From an uncultured Clostridia bacterium (GTDB lineage: Bacteria; Bacillota; Clostridia; Christensenellales; CAG-314): a stretch of DNA of 64,000 nt. Both the position numbers and the translations under genes were made by a program. Every line of letters begins with the position of its first letter. The first letter of the stretch is position 1. Below the pieces are notes generated by a model. The model saw nothing but the letters and a program-made list of their open reading frames with translations, ran no database searches and was not told the DNA's origin. Location: NCBI GenBank assembly GCA_934230325.1, contig CAKQEP010000001.1, positions 148,739 to 212,738 of the forward strand, given 5' to 3'. This document shows positions 1 through 8,682 of this stretch, one piece after another.

Positions 1-1
1 T

Positions 2-898
2 TTGGGAAGCGTAAAAAAACGCGGAGAACACGTCGTCACTTCGGTTTTGGAGCATAACTCCGTTTTGCGACCGCTTTGCAGACTTAAACAACGCGGTTTT
101 ATCGATTTGACGATTTTGACGCCCGACAAAAACATGCTTGTTTCGGCGGAAATTCTTTCTAAAGCGATTACTCCAAAAACTACTTGCGTCGTGCTGTCGC
201 ACGTGTCCAACGTGACGGGCGCAACGCAAAATTTAAAAGAGATAGGTGAAGTTTGCAAAAACAACGATATAAAATTTATCGTTGACGCCGCACAAAGTAT
301 GGGTTACTTACCTATCGATATGGCTGACGCCAACATAAATATGGTTGCATTCCCCGCTCACAAAGGTTTGCACTCGACCGTCGGTTGCGGCGTGTTGTGT
401 TTTGACGACAATAGCAAACCCGCCCCCATCAGATACGGCGGCACGGGAACGCAAAGCCATCTTTTATCGCAACCGACGGATTCGCCCGAAGCGTACGAAA
501 GCGGAACTCTAAATTCTCCTGCGATACTCGCTTTAAACGCCGCTTTTGACTGGCACGAAGCAAACAAAACAAAGTTTTTAAACCAAACTAAACTCGTACA
601 AAACACTATTGCGGAAGGACTTGCGGATATTAAAAACGTTAAAATTTACAGCGTGCAAAATCAAAGCGGAATAATAACTTTTAATATCGGGGAGAGCGAC
701 AGCAACGCGATATGCGACGTATTAGCGCAAAACTACGGAATATATTTGCGCGGGGGTTTACATTGCGCGCCGCTTTGCCACAAATATCTCGGCACGACTA
801 ATACGGGACTCGTCAGGGTGAGCGTAAGCGGAAACAATACACTTTCGCAAGCGTATATCTTTTTAAACGCCGTTCAACAAATTGCAAAAAAAATGTAA
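2..898 (+). CDS. class-V aminotransferase / cysteine desulfurase family protein (5' end outside window)
   Basis: ORF is open to the window edge. Motifs SHVSNVTG, DAAQS and FPAHKGL (PLP-lysine context) are typical of NifS/SufS/CsdA-type enzymes. Confidence 0.8.
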   Translation: MGSVKKRGEHVVTSVLEHNSVLRPLCRLKQRGFIDLTILTPDKNMLVSAEILSKAITPKTTCVVLSHVSNVTGATQNLKEIGEVCKNNDIKFIVDAAQSMGYLPIDMADANINMVAFPAHKGLHSTVGCGVLCFDDNSKPAPIRYGGTGTQSHLLSQPTDSPEAYESGTLNSPAILALNAAFDWHEANKTKFLNQTKLVQNTIAEGLADIKNVKIYSVQNQSGIITFNIGESDSNAICDVLAQNYGIYLRGGLHCAPLCHKYLGTTNTGLVRVSVSGNNTLSQAYIFLNAVQQIAKKM

Positions 899-951
899 AT
901 ACAAAATTTTTCGATTTAAACGGATAATAATTACGCCGAAAACTTGTTTTT

Positions 952-1674
952 TTACTCAAATACAACGTTGTCGGCGTATTCTTTTGCTATTTCTCGTTTT
1001 TTATCGTCGTCTACAAGCCAACACAGCACCTTGCCGCCTTTTTGGCGGTATTTTTTTACGTGCTTATTATCAGGCAAATAGTCTACTTCGTAATTGACAA
1101 ATTGACCTTTGGAAAGCGTCAAAATGCTAAGATTGTAAAACAAACTTTTGACAAAGCTGCCGTATCCCGTAATGTTTCCGCCGCTCAACTGCCCAGTTGT
1201 TATATCCGTTTTAGCGCGAGCATATCTTACGCACAAAGGGTAAAAACTTTGGTACGCAACTGTTTTGCGGTCGTAATTTTTAAGCAAATCGGTTGTTGCG
1301 TCTACAAGTTTTTTATGATTTTTGTTTTTGGTTTTAAACTCTATCAAAAGTGGCGCTCTGCCTCGCACTTCCTTTAAAACTTCGCTCAAAAGCGGAATTT
1401 TTTGCCCGTCAGACAAATTGAGTTTTTGTATGTCGGCATAGTCGGTATCTTCTACGCACCCGTCAACGTTGCAAAGACGGTCAAATTTGTCATCGTGAAA
1501 AACTACGACTTGTCCGTCTTTGGTAAGTCGTACGTCGAGTTCTATGCCAAATCCGTTTTCTACGGCATTTTTAAAGGCGGCGAGACTGTTTTCCGCGCAA
1601 ACTCCTTTAAACAATCCTCTGTGAGCCAAAGGAACGGAAAGAAACAAATCAAAATCGGTCGCTTTTTTTATCAT
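952..1674 (-). CDS. glycerophosphodiester phosphodiesterase family protein
   Basis: GDPD motifs AHRG...ENSLAAF...G..IELDVRLTKDGQVVVFHDD. Start placed at the ATG of MIKKATDF; the track start at 1692 is a TTG. Confidence 0.8.
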   Translation of the reverse strand: MIKKATDFDLFLSVPLAHRGLFKGVCAENSLAAFKNAVENGFGIELDVRLTKDGQVVVFHDDKFDRLCNVDGCVEDTDYADIQKLNLSDGQKIPLLSEVLKEVRGRAPLLIEFKTKNKNHKKLVDATTDLLKNYDRKTVAYQSFYPLCVRYARAKTDITTGQLSGGNITGYGSFVKSLFYNLSILTLSKGQFVNYEVDYLPDNKHVKKYRQKGGKVLCWLVDDDKKREIAKEYADNVVFE

Positions 1675-1708
1675 GTATTTATTATAAAGCAAAAATCAAA
1701 AAACTGCT

Positions 1709-2185
1709 CTATTTCACATACCAGTTTTCGTAATATTTTTTAAGTTGCTCGGTAAGTTGCACCCCCGCTATGTTTTCTACGGGCTTAAACAAATCGTCAA
1801 CGGAATTGTCTTTGCCGTCAAAAGACTCGGCATTATCCCCAAATTGCGCCGACGCCGTTTCCGTTTGCTCTTTTTTTGTCGCATTTTCCGTCGTCGGTTG
1901 CGCGTCGGACGTTTTGCCGCCCGCAAACTTGTTTAAAAACTCCATAGCGACGGGATTGCTCATTACTTCGCTTATTATTTGAGACATATCGGCGTCTTTT
2001 TGTTTCATTTTGTTAAACAAAGAAACAAGTTGCAAAATCTGTCCTATTTCGTCGATATTCATATTTTTAAAGGCGTTGTTTATACGAGAACCCATATCGT
2101 TCGCCCCGCCCGTTTGGTTTGTTTCGGTTTTTTTTGACATCATATTCATCAACAAAAAACCGAGCAAAATAGGAACAAAATTCAT
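1709..2185 (-). CDS. hypothetical protein with N-terminal hydrophobic anchor
   Basis: 158-aa ORF with SD GAGGAGG 6 nt upstream of the ATG. No recognisable domain. Confidence 0.5.
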   Translation of the reverse strand: MNFVPILLGFLLMNMMSKKTETNQTGGANDMGSRINNAFKNMNIDEIGQILQLVSLFNKMKQKDADMSQIISEVMSNPVAMEFLNKFAGGKTSDAQPTTENATKKEQTETASAQFGDNAESFDGKDNSVDDLFKPVENIAGVQLTEQLKKYYENWYVK

Positions 2186-2275
2186 TTATATCCTCCTCAA
2201 AGCCATTTAATTTGTACTCAATATATTTTATGCAAGCATATATTTGATAGTGAACAACTTTATAAGGAGATTTAT

Positions 2276-2632
2276 ATGCAAAACGATTACATAAACTATT
2301 TTGAGGAACAACGCAAGTTTTACGACAACCTTGACAATCAAACCAAAAACCAACCGCAAAAAAAAGAAGAATCGCCTAAAAATCAAAAAGAAGAAAAGGA
2401 ACAAATAACAAAACAGTCCGCGCAAACTTTTAAAAATCTGGCGGAATACTACAACGACAAAGGAGAAGACAAACTGATTGCCGACATTTACAACTCGGTA
2501 AAACAACAAAAACAAGCGGGAAAACTCGATAATGCGCAAATAACTCAATTTGCAAAAAACATCTCCCCTATGCTCAACGCGCGGCAAAAAGAAAAACTCG
2601 ACGCGTTGGTCGCGCAACTGACAGAATTGTAA
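2276..2632 (+). CDS. hypothetical K/Q/E-rich protein
   Basis: 118-aa ORF with SD AAGGAG upstream, followed by an intrinsic terminator. Confidence 0.5.
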   Translation: MQNDYINYFEEQRKFYDNLDNQTKNQPQKKEESPKNQKEEKEQITKQSAQTFKNLAEYYNDKGEDKLIADIYNSVKQQKQAGKLDNAQITQFAKNISPMLNARQKEKLDALVAQLTEL

Positions 2633-2669
2633 AAGAGAAGGCTAAAAACCTTCTCTTTTGATTTTTTTA
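2632..2669 (+). terminator. intrinsic terminator
   Basis: Hairpin aaagagaagg-ctaaaaa-ccttctcttt followed by a T-run. Confidence 0.7.
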
Positions 2670-2730
2670 TACGTTTTTTTCGGTTTGTGTTAAAAACCAA
2701 CCGCTTATAACAAAAATACGCGTAGCGGCT

Positions 2731-4206
2731 TTATCCGAGCAGCGTTTTTGCCCTTGCAAACATTGCGGTATAGTCGCTCGGGTTGACTTTGTTTTCTTCT
2801 TTGGGCGTAAATCCTATCCCGTGAATATTTGATCCTTTGGGAGTATAATATTTGGCTATGGTAAAATACAAGCCGTAATAGTATGTTTTTTTGGTAATAT
2901 TGCCTTGCATATCGGTGTAATAAAAATCACCCGTATAGTTAAGCGGATAGCACGTTTGCGCTATTCCTTTGCCGAAAGAAGTCGCTCCGACGTGCGTACA
3001 AGTGCCGTAATCGAGCAATGCGCCGAGCAACAATTCGCTTGCGCTTGCGCTGTTTTCGTCGGTAAGCACTACTATAGGTTTTTTGGCTGCCGCTTGATTA
3101 ACGTCAAAGTATTGATTAAAAACGCTCTTGGTCTTGTACTTTTCTTTAGATTCTCTCAATCTGCCGTCAAGCGTAGTGACGAGATAATCGGTTTTTGTCG
3201 GATTTGCAAAGTCATAAATAAGATATGACGCAATTTTTGTCGCTTCGTCTACGTAACCACCGGGATTGCCCGTCAAATCGAGTACGAGTTTGCCGTTGCC
3301 GCCGTAGACTTGCTTAAATTTTTCCATAGCGGTTTCAAACTCTTTTGACGCCGACGTTGACTGAGTCATTCCGTTGTCGTCGAGATATGACAACGTTTCA
3401 AAACTGTTTATCCTTATATATCCGATATTTGTTCCGTCAAGGGACGCAAGATTAAGTTTTGTTTTTAGTGTGGCGTCGGTTATGTCGGTGTTTGCCGCGC
3501 CGAAGTAATAATCGACAAAATTGTTTTCGTATCTGATTTTTTTGACTTCGGCAGTATTAAGCGTCAAATCGTCGGTAGAAGTCGCCCCCATAAGTCCGCG
3601 AATATAGGTGAACTTTACCGTAGTGTTCCAGTCCCCGTTTAAAATTTCGCTGATTGCGGATTCCTTCGCCGTACGTAAATCTACCGTAGTATAACCATCG
3701 CGAGCCACCGTCACGACGAGGTCGCCGTTTTGCAAACCGGATTTGTACGCGCCGCTACCGTAATAAACGTGCGCGACGTAATAGCCTATTTGCGTTTTGA
3801 TAAAAGATACTCCAAAAGTCGGAGATTGCGACTCCGTAGGATTCATCAAGTCGTACATTTGCGCGGGCGAAAGCAACATTCCGTATCCGTCTATGGTTTG
3901 CAACATAGCCGTACCCGCATTTGTAATCATTTGGTCTACTATTGCGTCCCAGTTGTTTGCGTCATAGTAGATGCTTCCGCTTTTTACTTCCTGCAAAACG
4001 GTATCGATTATGCCCGATTTTGCCGTTTTGTTTGTGCGACCGACAAGCATACCGCAAGTAAAAATAAATACGGCGCATATCAGACACGCAAAAACAGTAA
4101 GTATTTTTGAGCCGATTTTTTTGTTTTTGGGCGCGGGCGGCGGATTGTTGTAAGAGTCGTCGCGCTTAAAATTTTTGTTGTATTCTTCGTCAAAAAAATC
4201 ATTCAT
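2731..4206 (-). CDS. S41 family C-terminal processing peptidase, N-terminally membrane anchored
   Basis: Motifs LVLDLTGNPGGYV and VVLTDENSASASELL (S41 Ser/Lys protease). TM segment ILTVFACLICAVFIFTCGMLV. Start at MNDFF (ATG 4206) overlaps the upstream stop (CATGAATGA). Confidence 0.85.
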   Translation of the reverse strand: MNDFFDEEYNKNFKRDDSYNNPPPAPKNKKIGSKILTVFACLICAVFIFTCGMLVGRTNKTAKSGIIDTVLQEVKSGSIYYDANNWDAIVDQMITNAGTAMLQTIDGYGMLLSPAQMYDLMNPTESQSPTFGVSFIKTQIGYYVAHVYYGSGAYKSGLQNGDLVVTVARDGYTTVDLRTAKESAISEILNGDWNTTVKFTYIRGLMGATSTDDLTLNTAEVKKIRYENNFVDYYFGAANTDITDATLKTKLNLASLDGTNIGYIRINSFETLSYLDDNGMTQSTSASKEFETAMEKFKQVYGGNGKLVLDLTGNPGGYVDEATKIASYLIYDFANPTKTDYLVTTLDGRLRESKEKYKTKSVFNQYFDVNQAAAKKPIVVLTDENSASASELLLGALLDYGTCTHVGATSFGKGIAQTCYPLNYTGDFYYTDMQGNITKKTYYYGLYFTIAKYYTPKGSNIHGIGFTPKEENKVNPSDYTAMFARAKTLLG

Positions 4207-4852
4207 GTTTAGTTTCCTCCATCGCTTTTTGCAAATCGAATTTAACAAAATCAAGGGCTTTGCCCAAAGCGTTTGTTATATTATTACTCAAAAAAAGACA
4301 GGCGATACCGTTTGCCCGACAAAATTCAACGACGTCAAAAACGACAGCGTCGATATCTTTGTCACGTCCGAGTACGTCGTCAAAAACAGCCAACCTCACC
4401 TTGCGGGCAAAAGCGCGCGCCAAAGACACTTTAAAAGCGTCCGACACAGACAGTTTTTTTACCTTTGCGTCCAGCAAATCCGTCAATCCGTACCGCTCCG
4501 ACTGCCGCTTTACCGCTTGGGCAACGGTCGCTTTGTCCGCTTTGCGCTGTTTTAAACCAAAGGCGATATTGTCCTTTACCTTACCCTTTAAAAACAACGG
4601 CGGATAAGTAAAAAAAGCAATATCTCGGTCTTGCGGCAAAACTTCCGTTAACGGTTTGCCGTCAAAAAAAATTTCACCTTCAAAATCCTTTTCTATCCCC
4701 GTAAGAATTTTTGCGAGAGTGGTTTTGCCACCCTGAACCCCCAACGCAATCGTTGCAATTTCTCCGTCGGCAAGGTCAAAAGACAGTCCGTCGATAGCGG
4801 GATAATCGTCGTAGCGATAATGTTTTTTTAGATTGTTGACCTTTAATATCAT
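4199..4852 (-). CDS. ABC-ATPase-like protein with degenerate catalytic motifs
   Basis: ABC NBD layout, but Walker A is GVQGGKTT (one residue short of GxxGxGKST), the signature is LSVSD rather than LSGGQ, and Walker B is LAVFDD with no catalytic Glu. ATGA overlap with the upstream HD gene. Confidence 0.7.
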   Translation of the reverse strand: MILKVNNLKKHYRYDDYPAIDGLSFDLADGEIATIALGVQGGKTTLAKILTGIEKDFEGEIFFDGKPLTEVLPQDRDIAFFTYPPLFLKGKVKDNIAFGLKQRKADKATVAQAVKRQSERYGLTDLLDAKVKKLSVSDAFKVSLARAFARKVRLAVFDDVLGRDKDIDAVVFDVVEFCRANGIACLFLSNNITNALGKALDFVKFDLQKAMEETKHE

Positions 4853-5430
4853 AGTTGCAGTTGGTCGAGCGTCAATTTAAACGCAGGAACAAAATGCTCG
4901 ATAAAAAAATCTATCTCATTGCTTTTGTACGCTTTGAGTTGATTCAACACGCCGTCGCGAGCAGAAACAAATTCTTTGTTGCCATACTTTACTTCTTCCA
5001 GACATTTGAGGTATGCGCAAAGTTTGTCGGCGTACTTTACCCATATATAGTCGGCGTCGTTTTCATCAAAAATTTTGCGGTAATCGCTTTGCATTTTTTC
5101 GGGCAGCAAACCGACGAGTTTTTCCCCCGCCAAAGCCTCTACCCGCTTGTAATTTGTTTTTAGTTCCTCATTGAGATACTTTATCGGCGTCGGCATATCG
5201 CCCGTCAAAATTTCGCTTGCGTCGTGATACAACGCTTTGACGGCTATTGCGTCGGCATTGAGAGAATTGCCAAAATATACGTTTGATATTTCTGCAAGAC
5301 AATGCGCTACGACGGATACAAAGTAACTATGCTCCATTAGATTTTCTCTCTCCGTGTTGCGCATAAGACTCCACCGAGTAATATATTTCATTCTATTTAA
5401 AAACGCAAAAAAACTGTTCGTGTCGCTCAT
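4849..5430 (-). CDS. HD-domain 5'-deoxynucleotidase, YfbR-like
   Basis: The N-terminus MSDTNSFFAFLNRMKYITRWSLMRNTERENLMEHS aligns by eye with E. coli YfbR. HD motif YHDASEILTGDMPTP. The track start at 5481 is a TTG and is rejected. Confidence 0.8.
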   Translation of the reverse strand: MSDTNSFFAFLNRMKYITRWSLMRNTERENLMEHSYFVSVVAHCLAEISNVYFGNSLNADAIAVKALYHDASEILTGDMPTPIKYLNEELKTNYKRVEALAGEKLVGLLPEKMQSDYRKIFDENDADYIWVKYADKLCAYLKCLEEVKYGNKEFVSARDGVLNQLKAYKSNEIDFFIEHFVPAFKLTLDQLQL

Positions 5431-5474
5431 AAAAATTATTTTAACATATTCCTGTAAAAATTGCTCGTTTTTTG

Positions 5475-5503
5475 TTGACAAATTTTTGTAATCGTGCTAA
5501 TAA
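5475..5503 (+). promoter_or_regulatory. sigma-A type promoter for riboswitch-thiT
   Basis: TTGACA, 17-nt spacer, TAATAA. Confidence 0.5.
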
Positions 5504-5517
5504 TATCAGCGTAAATA

Positions 5518-5629
5518 ATATATCGGGGTGCCCAACAGGCTGAGAACATACCCGCTAAACCTGTCAAGATAATGCTTGCGTAGGGAAAATACACGTTTTT
5601 TCACCTCGCGGTTTTGCGAGGTTTTTTTG
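5518..5629 (+). promoter_or_regulatory. TPP (THI-box) riboswitch with terminator expression platform
   Basis: cggggtgcc...ggctgaga...accc...aacctg...ataatgc..gcgtagggaa matches the THI-box consensus. It is followed by hairpin acctcgc-ggtttt-gcgaggt and a T-run (5603..5629). Confidence 0.9.
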
Positions 5630-5677
5630 TAGGTTTTGTCGCTTGGACTGTGAGCAACTCCAAATCGGAGGTTTTTG

Positions 5678-6400
5678 ATGTCAACTTTATTACTCGAAAC
5701 GGCAGAAGAACTTGCTCAAAAAAAGACGGCTATATGGATTTCCGTCGGCGCTATCGTTTTGCTTGCGCTCGTCATCGTTTTGCTTTCTTTCAAAAACAAA
5801 AAAGCCGATACGAGAAGCATCGCTTTTGCGGGCGTCTGCACTGCAATGTCTTTTGCTTTGTCTTTTGCAAAAATTCCTGTCGGAGCGTTTGGCGGAAGCG
5901 TTACCGTCGCAAGTCTCGTGCCTTTGCTCATTTACGCTTTTGCTTTCGGCCCTATCAAAGGCTTGATGGCAGGCGTAATCTTTGGATTGCTGCAATTTGT
6001 ACAAGATCCTTATATCTTTACCCCTTTGTCCTTTGCTTTGGACTATATTTTGCCAAATGCGGGTATTGCCTTTGCGGGATTGACGGGTTACTGGTTTAAA
6101 AAACCGCGCACTGCGCTGTGCTTGGGCGCAACGTTCTGCTATGTTTGGAAGTTTGCAATGCACTTTTTCAGCGGTTTGCTTTACTTCAATGCGGGTTGGA
6201 TTGTAGACGGATTGCCCGCTACAAACGGTTGGATTTATAGTTTTGTATATCAATGCACATACGTTCCTGCGGATATGGCTATTTGTCTTGCGGTAATCGT
6301 TCCGATAGCGTGCACACCGGCTCTTAAACGTATTATGAGCGTTTTACGTCCGCAAAAAGAAGAAAAACCAACGGAAGAAAAAGCAGAAAATCAAGCATAA
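5678..6400 (+). CDS. thiT: thiamine transporter ThiT-like (ECF S-component type) membrane protein
   Basis: Multi-pass membrane protein directly downstream of the TPP riboswitch. SD GGAGG 6 nt before the ATG at 5678. Confidence 0.75.
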   Translation: MSTLLLETAEELAQKKTAIWISVGAIVLLALVIVLLSFKNKKADTRSIAFAGVCTAMSFALSFAKIPVGAFGGSVTVASLVPLLIYAFAFGPIKGLMAGVIFGLLQFVQDPYIFTPLSFALDYILPNAGIAFAGLTGYWFKKPRTALCLGATFCYVWKFAMHFFSGLLYFNAGWIVDGLPATNGWIYSFVYQCTYVPADMAICLAVIVPIACTPALKRIMSVLRPQKEEKPTEEKAENQA

Positions 6401-6563
6401 ACAAACCAAACGACAAATTGATTTTATTTGACGATTCGACAAAAAAATTAAAGTCAACTTAAGTTTATATTTACAACAAAAAAAGGGCTGTCGCAAAAAA
6501 ACCAAAATTTTCTTGCGGTAGCCCCTTTCTTTTTTAAATAAATTGATTTTGATTTTTCTTAAA

Positions 6564-6986
6564 TCAATCGTTTTTAATCATGGTAAGATGTTGCAAAACC
6601 TTTTGTTGGTCAATAGAACAATCTTCTCCGCCGAGCGGCCAAATGTTTATACCGTCCGCATCCTTGCGCGGAACAATATGCACGTGATAATGAAAAACCG
6701 TCTGTTGCGCGCTTACGCCGTTGGCGTTTAATACGTCCACTCCGCTAAAACCGCAGTCGTCAACGTAATGACGGCTTATTTTTTGCACCGCTATTGCAAT
6801 CGCGGCAAGATAATCTTCGTCGCAATCAAAAATGTTTGTGCAATGCTTTTTGGGGATAACAAGCGTGTGCCCGTACGCGTCGCGTTTGATGTCCAAAAAA
6901 GCAACGACTTTTTCGTCTTCATAAATTTTGTAAGACGGAATTTCACCTTTAACTATTTTACAAAAAATACAATTAGAATTATACAT
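6564..6986 (-). CDS. HIT family protein (histidine triad nucleotide hydrolase)
   Basis: CIFCKIV...; HYHVHIVPR histidine triad. Start at MYNSNC with SD GAGGTGG. Confidence 0.85.
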   Translation of the reverse strand: MYNSNCIFCKIVKGEIPSYKIYEDEKVVAFLDIKRDAYGHTLVIPKKHCTNIFDCDEDYLAAIAIAVQKISRHYVDDCGFSGVDVLNANGVSAQQTVFHYHVHIVPRKDADGINIWPLGGEDCSIDQQKVLQHLTMIKND

Positions 6987-7109
6987 TGTCCACCTCTTTA
7001 ATATTGTACCACACGAGCAAAAAAAATTCAACCTAATTTTGAGTTTTAATTTTTTAATCGAATAAAAACCTGCTGTTTTTGACTGTTTTGGTTTAATTGC
7101 CAAAAACGC

Positions 7110-7138
7110 TTGAAAAAAATCCGTTTTTGTGTTAATAT
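7110..7138 (+). promoter_or_regulatory. promoter of tRNA-Leu
   Basis: TTGAAA, 17-nt spacer, TAATAT, about 11 nt before the tRNA 5' end. Confidence 0.5.
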
Positions 7139-7149
7139 TCTTAATGCTT

Positions 7150-7233
7150 GCGGATGTGGCGAAACTGGCAGACGCGATAGACTTAGGATCTATTGTTTAT
7201 GACGTGCAGGTTCAAGTCCTGTCATCCGCACCA
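7150..7233 (+). tRNA. tRNA-Leu (anticodon UAG), class II with long variable arm, CCA encoded
   Basis: Acceptor gcggatg/catccgc. Anticodon arm ataga-CTTAGGA-tctat. T-loop ttcaagt. Ends in CCA. Confidence 0.9.
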
Positions 7234-7392
7234 GCGTCGGCTACGCTTTTAGTCGGTACACAAAAGACTTGCTCGTCGGCAAGTCTTTTTGTATACCTTC
7301 CTTTATGCTTGCCGACTTGCTTACTTCGGTAGTACTTAAAACTTTTTTGTGACGCTTCGCTTCGCTCGCTATTCCGTCGCTGTCGCTCCTTA
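7234..7392 (+). repeat. tRNA-linked conserved element, copy 1 (159 nt; contains terminator-like hairpin 7262..7292)
   Basis: Block-wise homology to 62405..62562 (minus strand). Block A gcgtcggctacgcttttagtc abuts the CCA. Then a hairpin, block B ttcctttatgcttgccgactt, tagtac, and block C aaaacttttttgtgacgcttcgcttcgctcgctattccgtcgctgtcgctcctt. Confidence 0.7.
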
Positions 7393-7413
7393 CAAGTCCT
7401 GTCATCCGCACCA
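7393..7413 (+). repeat. exact 21-nt duplicate of the tRNA-Leu 3' end (T-loop C56 to CCA)
   Basis: caagtcctgtcatccgcacca is identical to 7213..7233. No tRNA 5' half precedes it. Confidence 0.95.
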
Positions 7414-7506
7414 AACAAGAATAATACTAACCTTGATGGGAAGTCGGAGTTCGTATTATTTTTTACACGTGAGTATTTCGGAATTATTTGTAGATTAAAG
7501 CAATGG

Positions 7507-8682
7507 TTAACAAACCACTTCGTCCATTAAACTTGCCAACAGTTTCATTCGCTCTTCTACCATATCCCATTTTTGAGAGCCTTTAGAAATAAGTGCAATT
7601 AAGCGATATTTTTCAATTTGTTCTTTCGTATACCCCTTAAATTCTTCATCTAATGCTGTTGCTTTCGCAGAACTAAAGGCGGACAACTTTTTATTAACGA
7701 TATACAATTGATTAAGTTTTTTCGTGGCATTTTCCACAAAATTTACGAAGCCATATCCGCATAACATAAATAAAAATTTGACAAATCTTTTATTTATACC
7801 CGAAGAAAACTTCCAAGTGTTATCTGCAGCGAGGCCGTCCAATTGCGCAATCAATAAATTCGTTCTGGTCAATGCTACTCCCGTAATACCTTGTGAGTTT
7901 TTAACATATTCAATAATATCAGCATCGATACCGCCCATAGGTAATTTTTCTTCAAATATTCCAATGGCAGCATAAAATAATTTATCAAACTCCTTTCTTT
8001 TATCTTCCCACGATAATTTACCTAAAAGATTTTTGCTATTCACGCGCAATAAATACTGCTCTAATTGTGAATCGGGAATAGAGTTTATAATTTCTCCAGC
8101 ACGTAACCGTTCTTGATTTTGAACGAATCTAAAATATTCTGCAATTACATTGTCATCTTGATGAGAAATATAAGTCAGAGCCATATTATAAGAATCAAAA
8201 TCCGATCTCATTAAACTTGCAAGAGTATTGTAGGTCAAAAAAACTTTTTGACCTTTAAGGTATCTTCTATATAGTTTTATTGCTTCAGTATCTTTGCCTT
8301 TATTATTTTTTATATCGTATTCATAAGATTCAACATTGTCTTTAATGATTCTTTTTGACAAATCATCATTTACGGAAAAATCACCTTGTGTAAACTCATA
8401 AATAGTTGTCAATCTTTGTTGACCATCCACCACTTCTGTGTCTGCTCCTTTATCATTGCGCTCTGTCAAGTTTCTAATTATAACACTTCCGACAGGGTAT
8501 CTTGACAAAATACTAAAAATAAGTTTTTCTTTAAAATCTTGATTCCAAACTGTACCGCGTTGGTATGATGGTTGTAAATCTAATCGATCATTTCCTATTT
8601 GATTTTTAAAAGCCGTAATTTTACTCATTAAAGTTGCAATAGGAAGAGATTCGTTATTAAATTTTATTCTTGTTTCCGCCAT
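7507..8682 (-). CDS. DUF262 (ParB-like / GmrSD N-terminal type) domain protein, stand-alone
   Basis: Motifs QPSYQRGTVW and VVDGQQRLTTI (DGQQR) are typical of DUF262. There is no DUF1524/HNH C-terminal domain. SD AAGGAG. A+T-rich relative to the flanks. Confidence 0.75.
   Translation of the reverse strand: MAETRIKFNNESLPIATLMSKITAFKNQIGNDRLDLQPSYQRGTVWNQDFKEKLIFSILSRYPVGSVIIRNLTERNDKGADTEVVDGQQRLTTIYEFTQGDFSVNDDLSKRIIKDNVESYEYDIKNNKGKDTEAIKLYRRYLKGQKVFLTYNTLASLMRSDFDSYNMALTYISHQDDNVIAEYFRFVQNQERLRAGEIINSIPDSQLEQYLLRVNSKNLLGKLSWEDKRKEFDKLFYAAIGIFEEKLPMGGIDADIIEYVKNSQGITGVALTRTNLLIAQLDGLAADNTWKFSSGINKRFVKFLFMLCGYGFVNFVENATKKLNQLYIVNKKLSAFSSAKATALDEEFKGYTKEQIEKYRLIALISKGSQKWDMVEERMKLLASLMDEVVC

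Noticed and set aside
7393-7413. Possible second (tandem) tRNA-Leu gene
   Set aside because: Only the 3' 21 nt are present. The upstream sequence cannot form acceptor, D or anticodon arms.
7212-7418. 68-aa minus-strand ORF (and 7129..7332 on the plus strand) covering tRNA-Leu and the linked element
   Set aside because: It overlaps a tRNA gene. The homologous element at 62.4 kb does not conserve the reading frame (indels between the blocks), so the conservation is at the nucleotide or structure level rather than coding.
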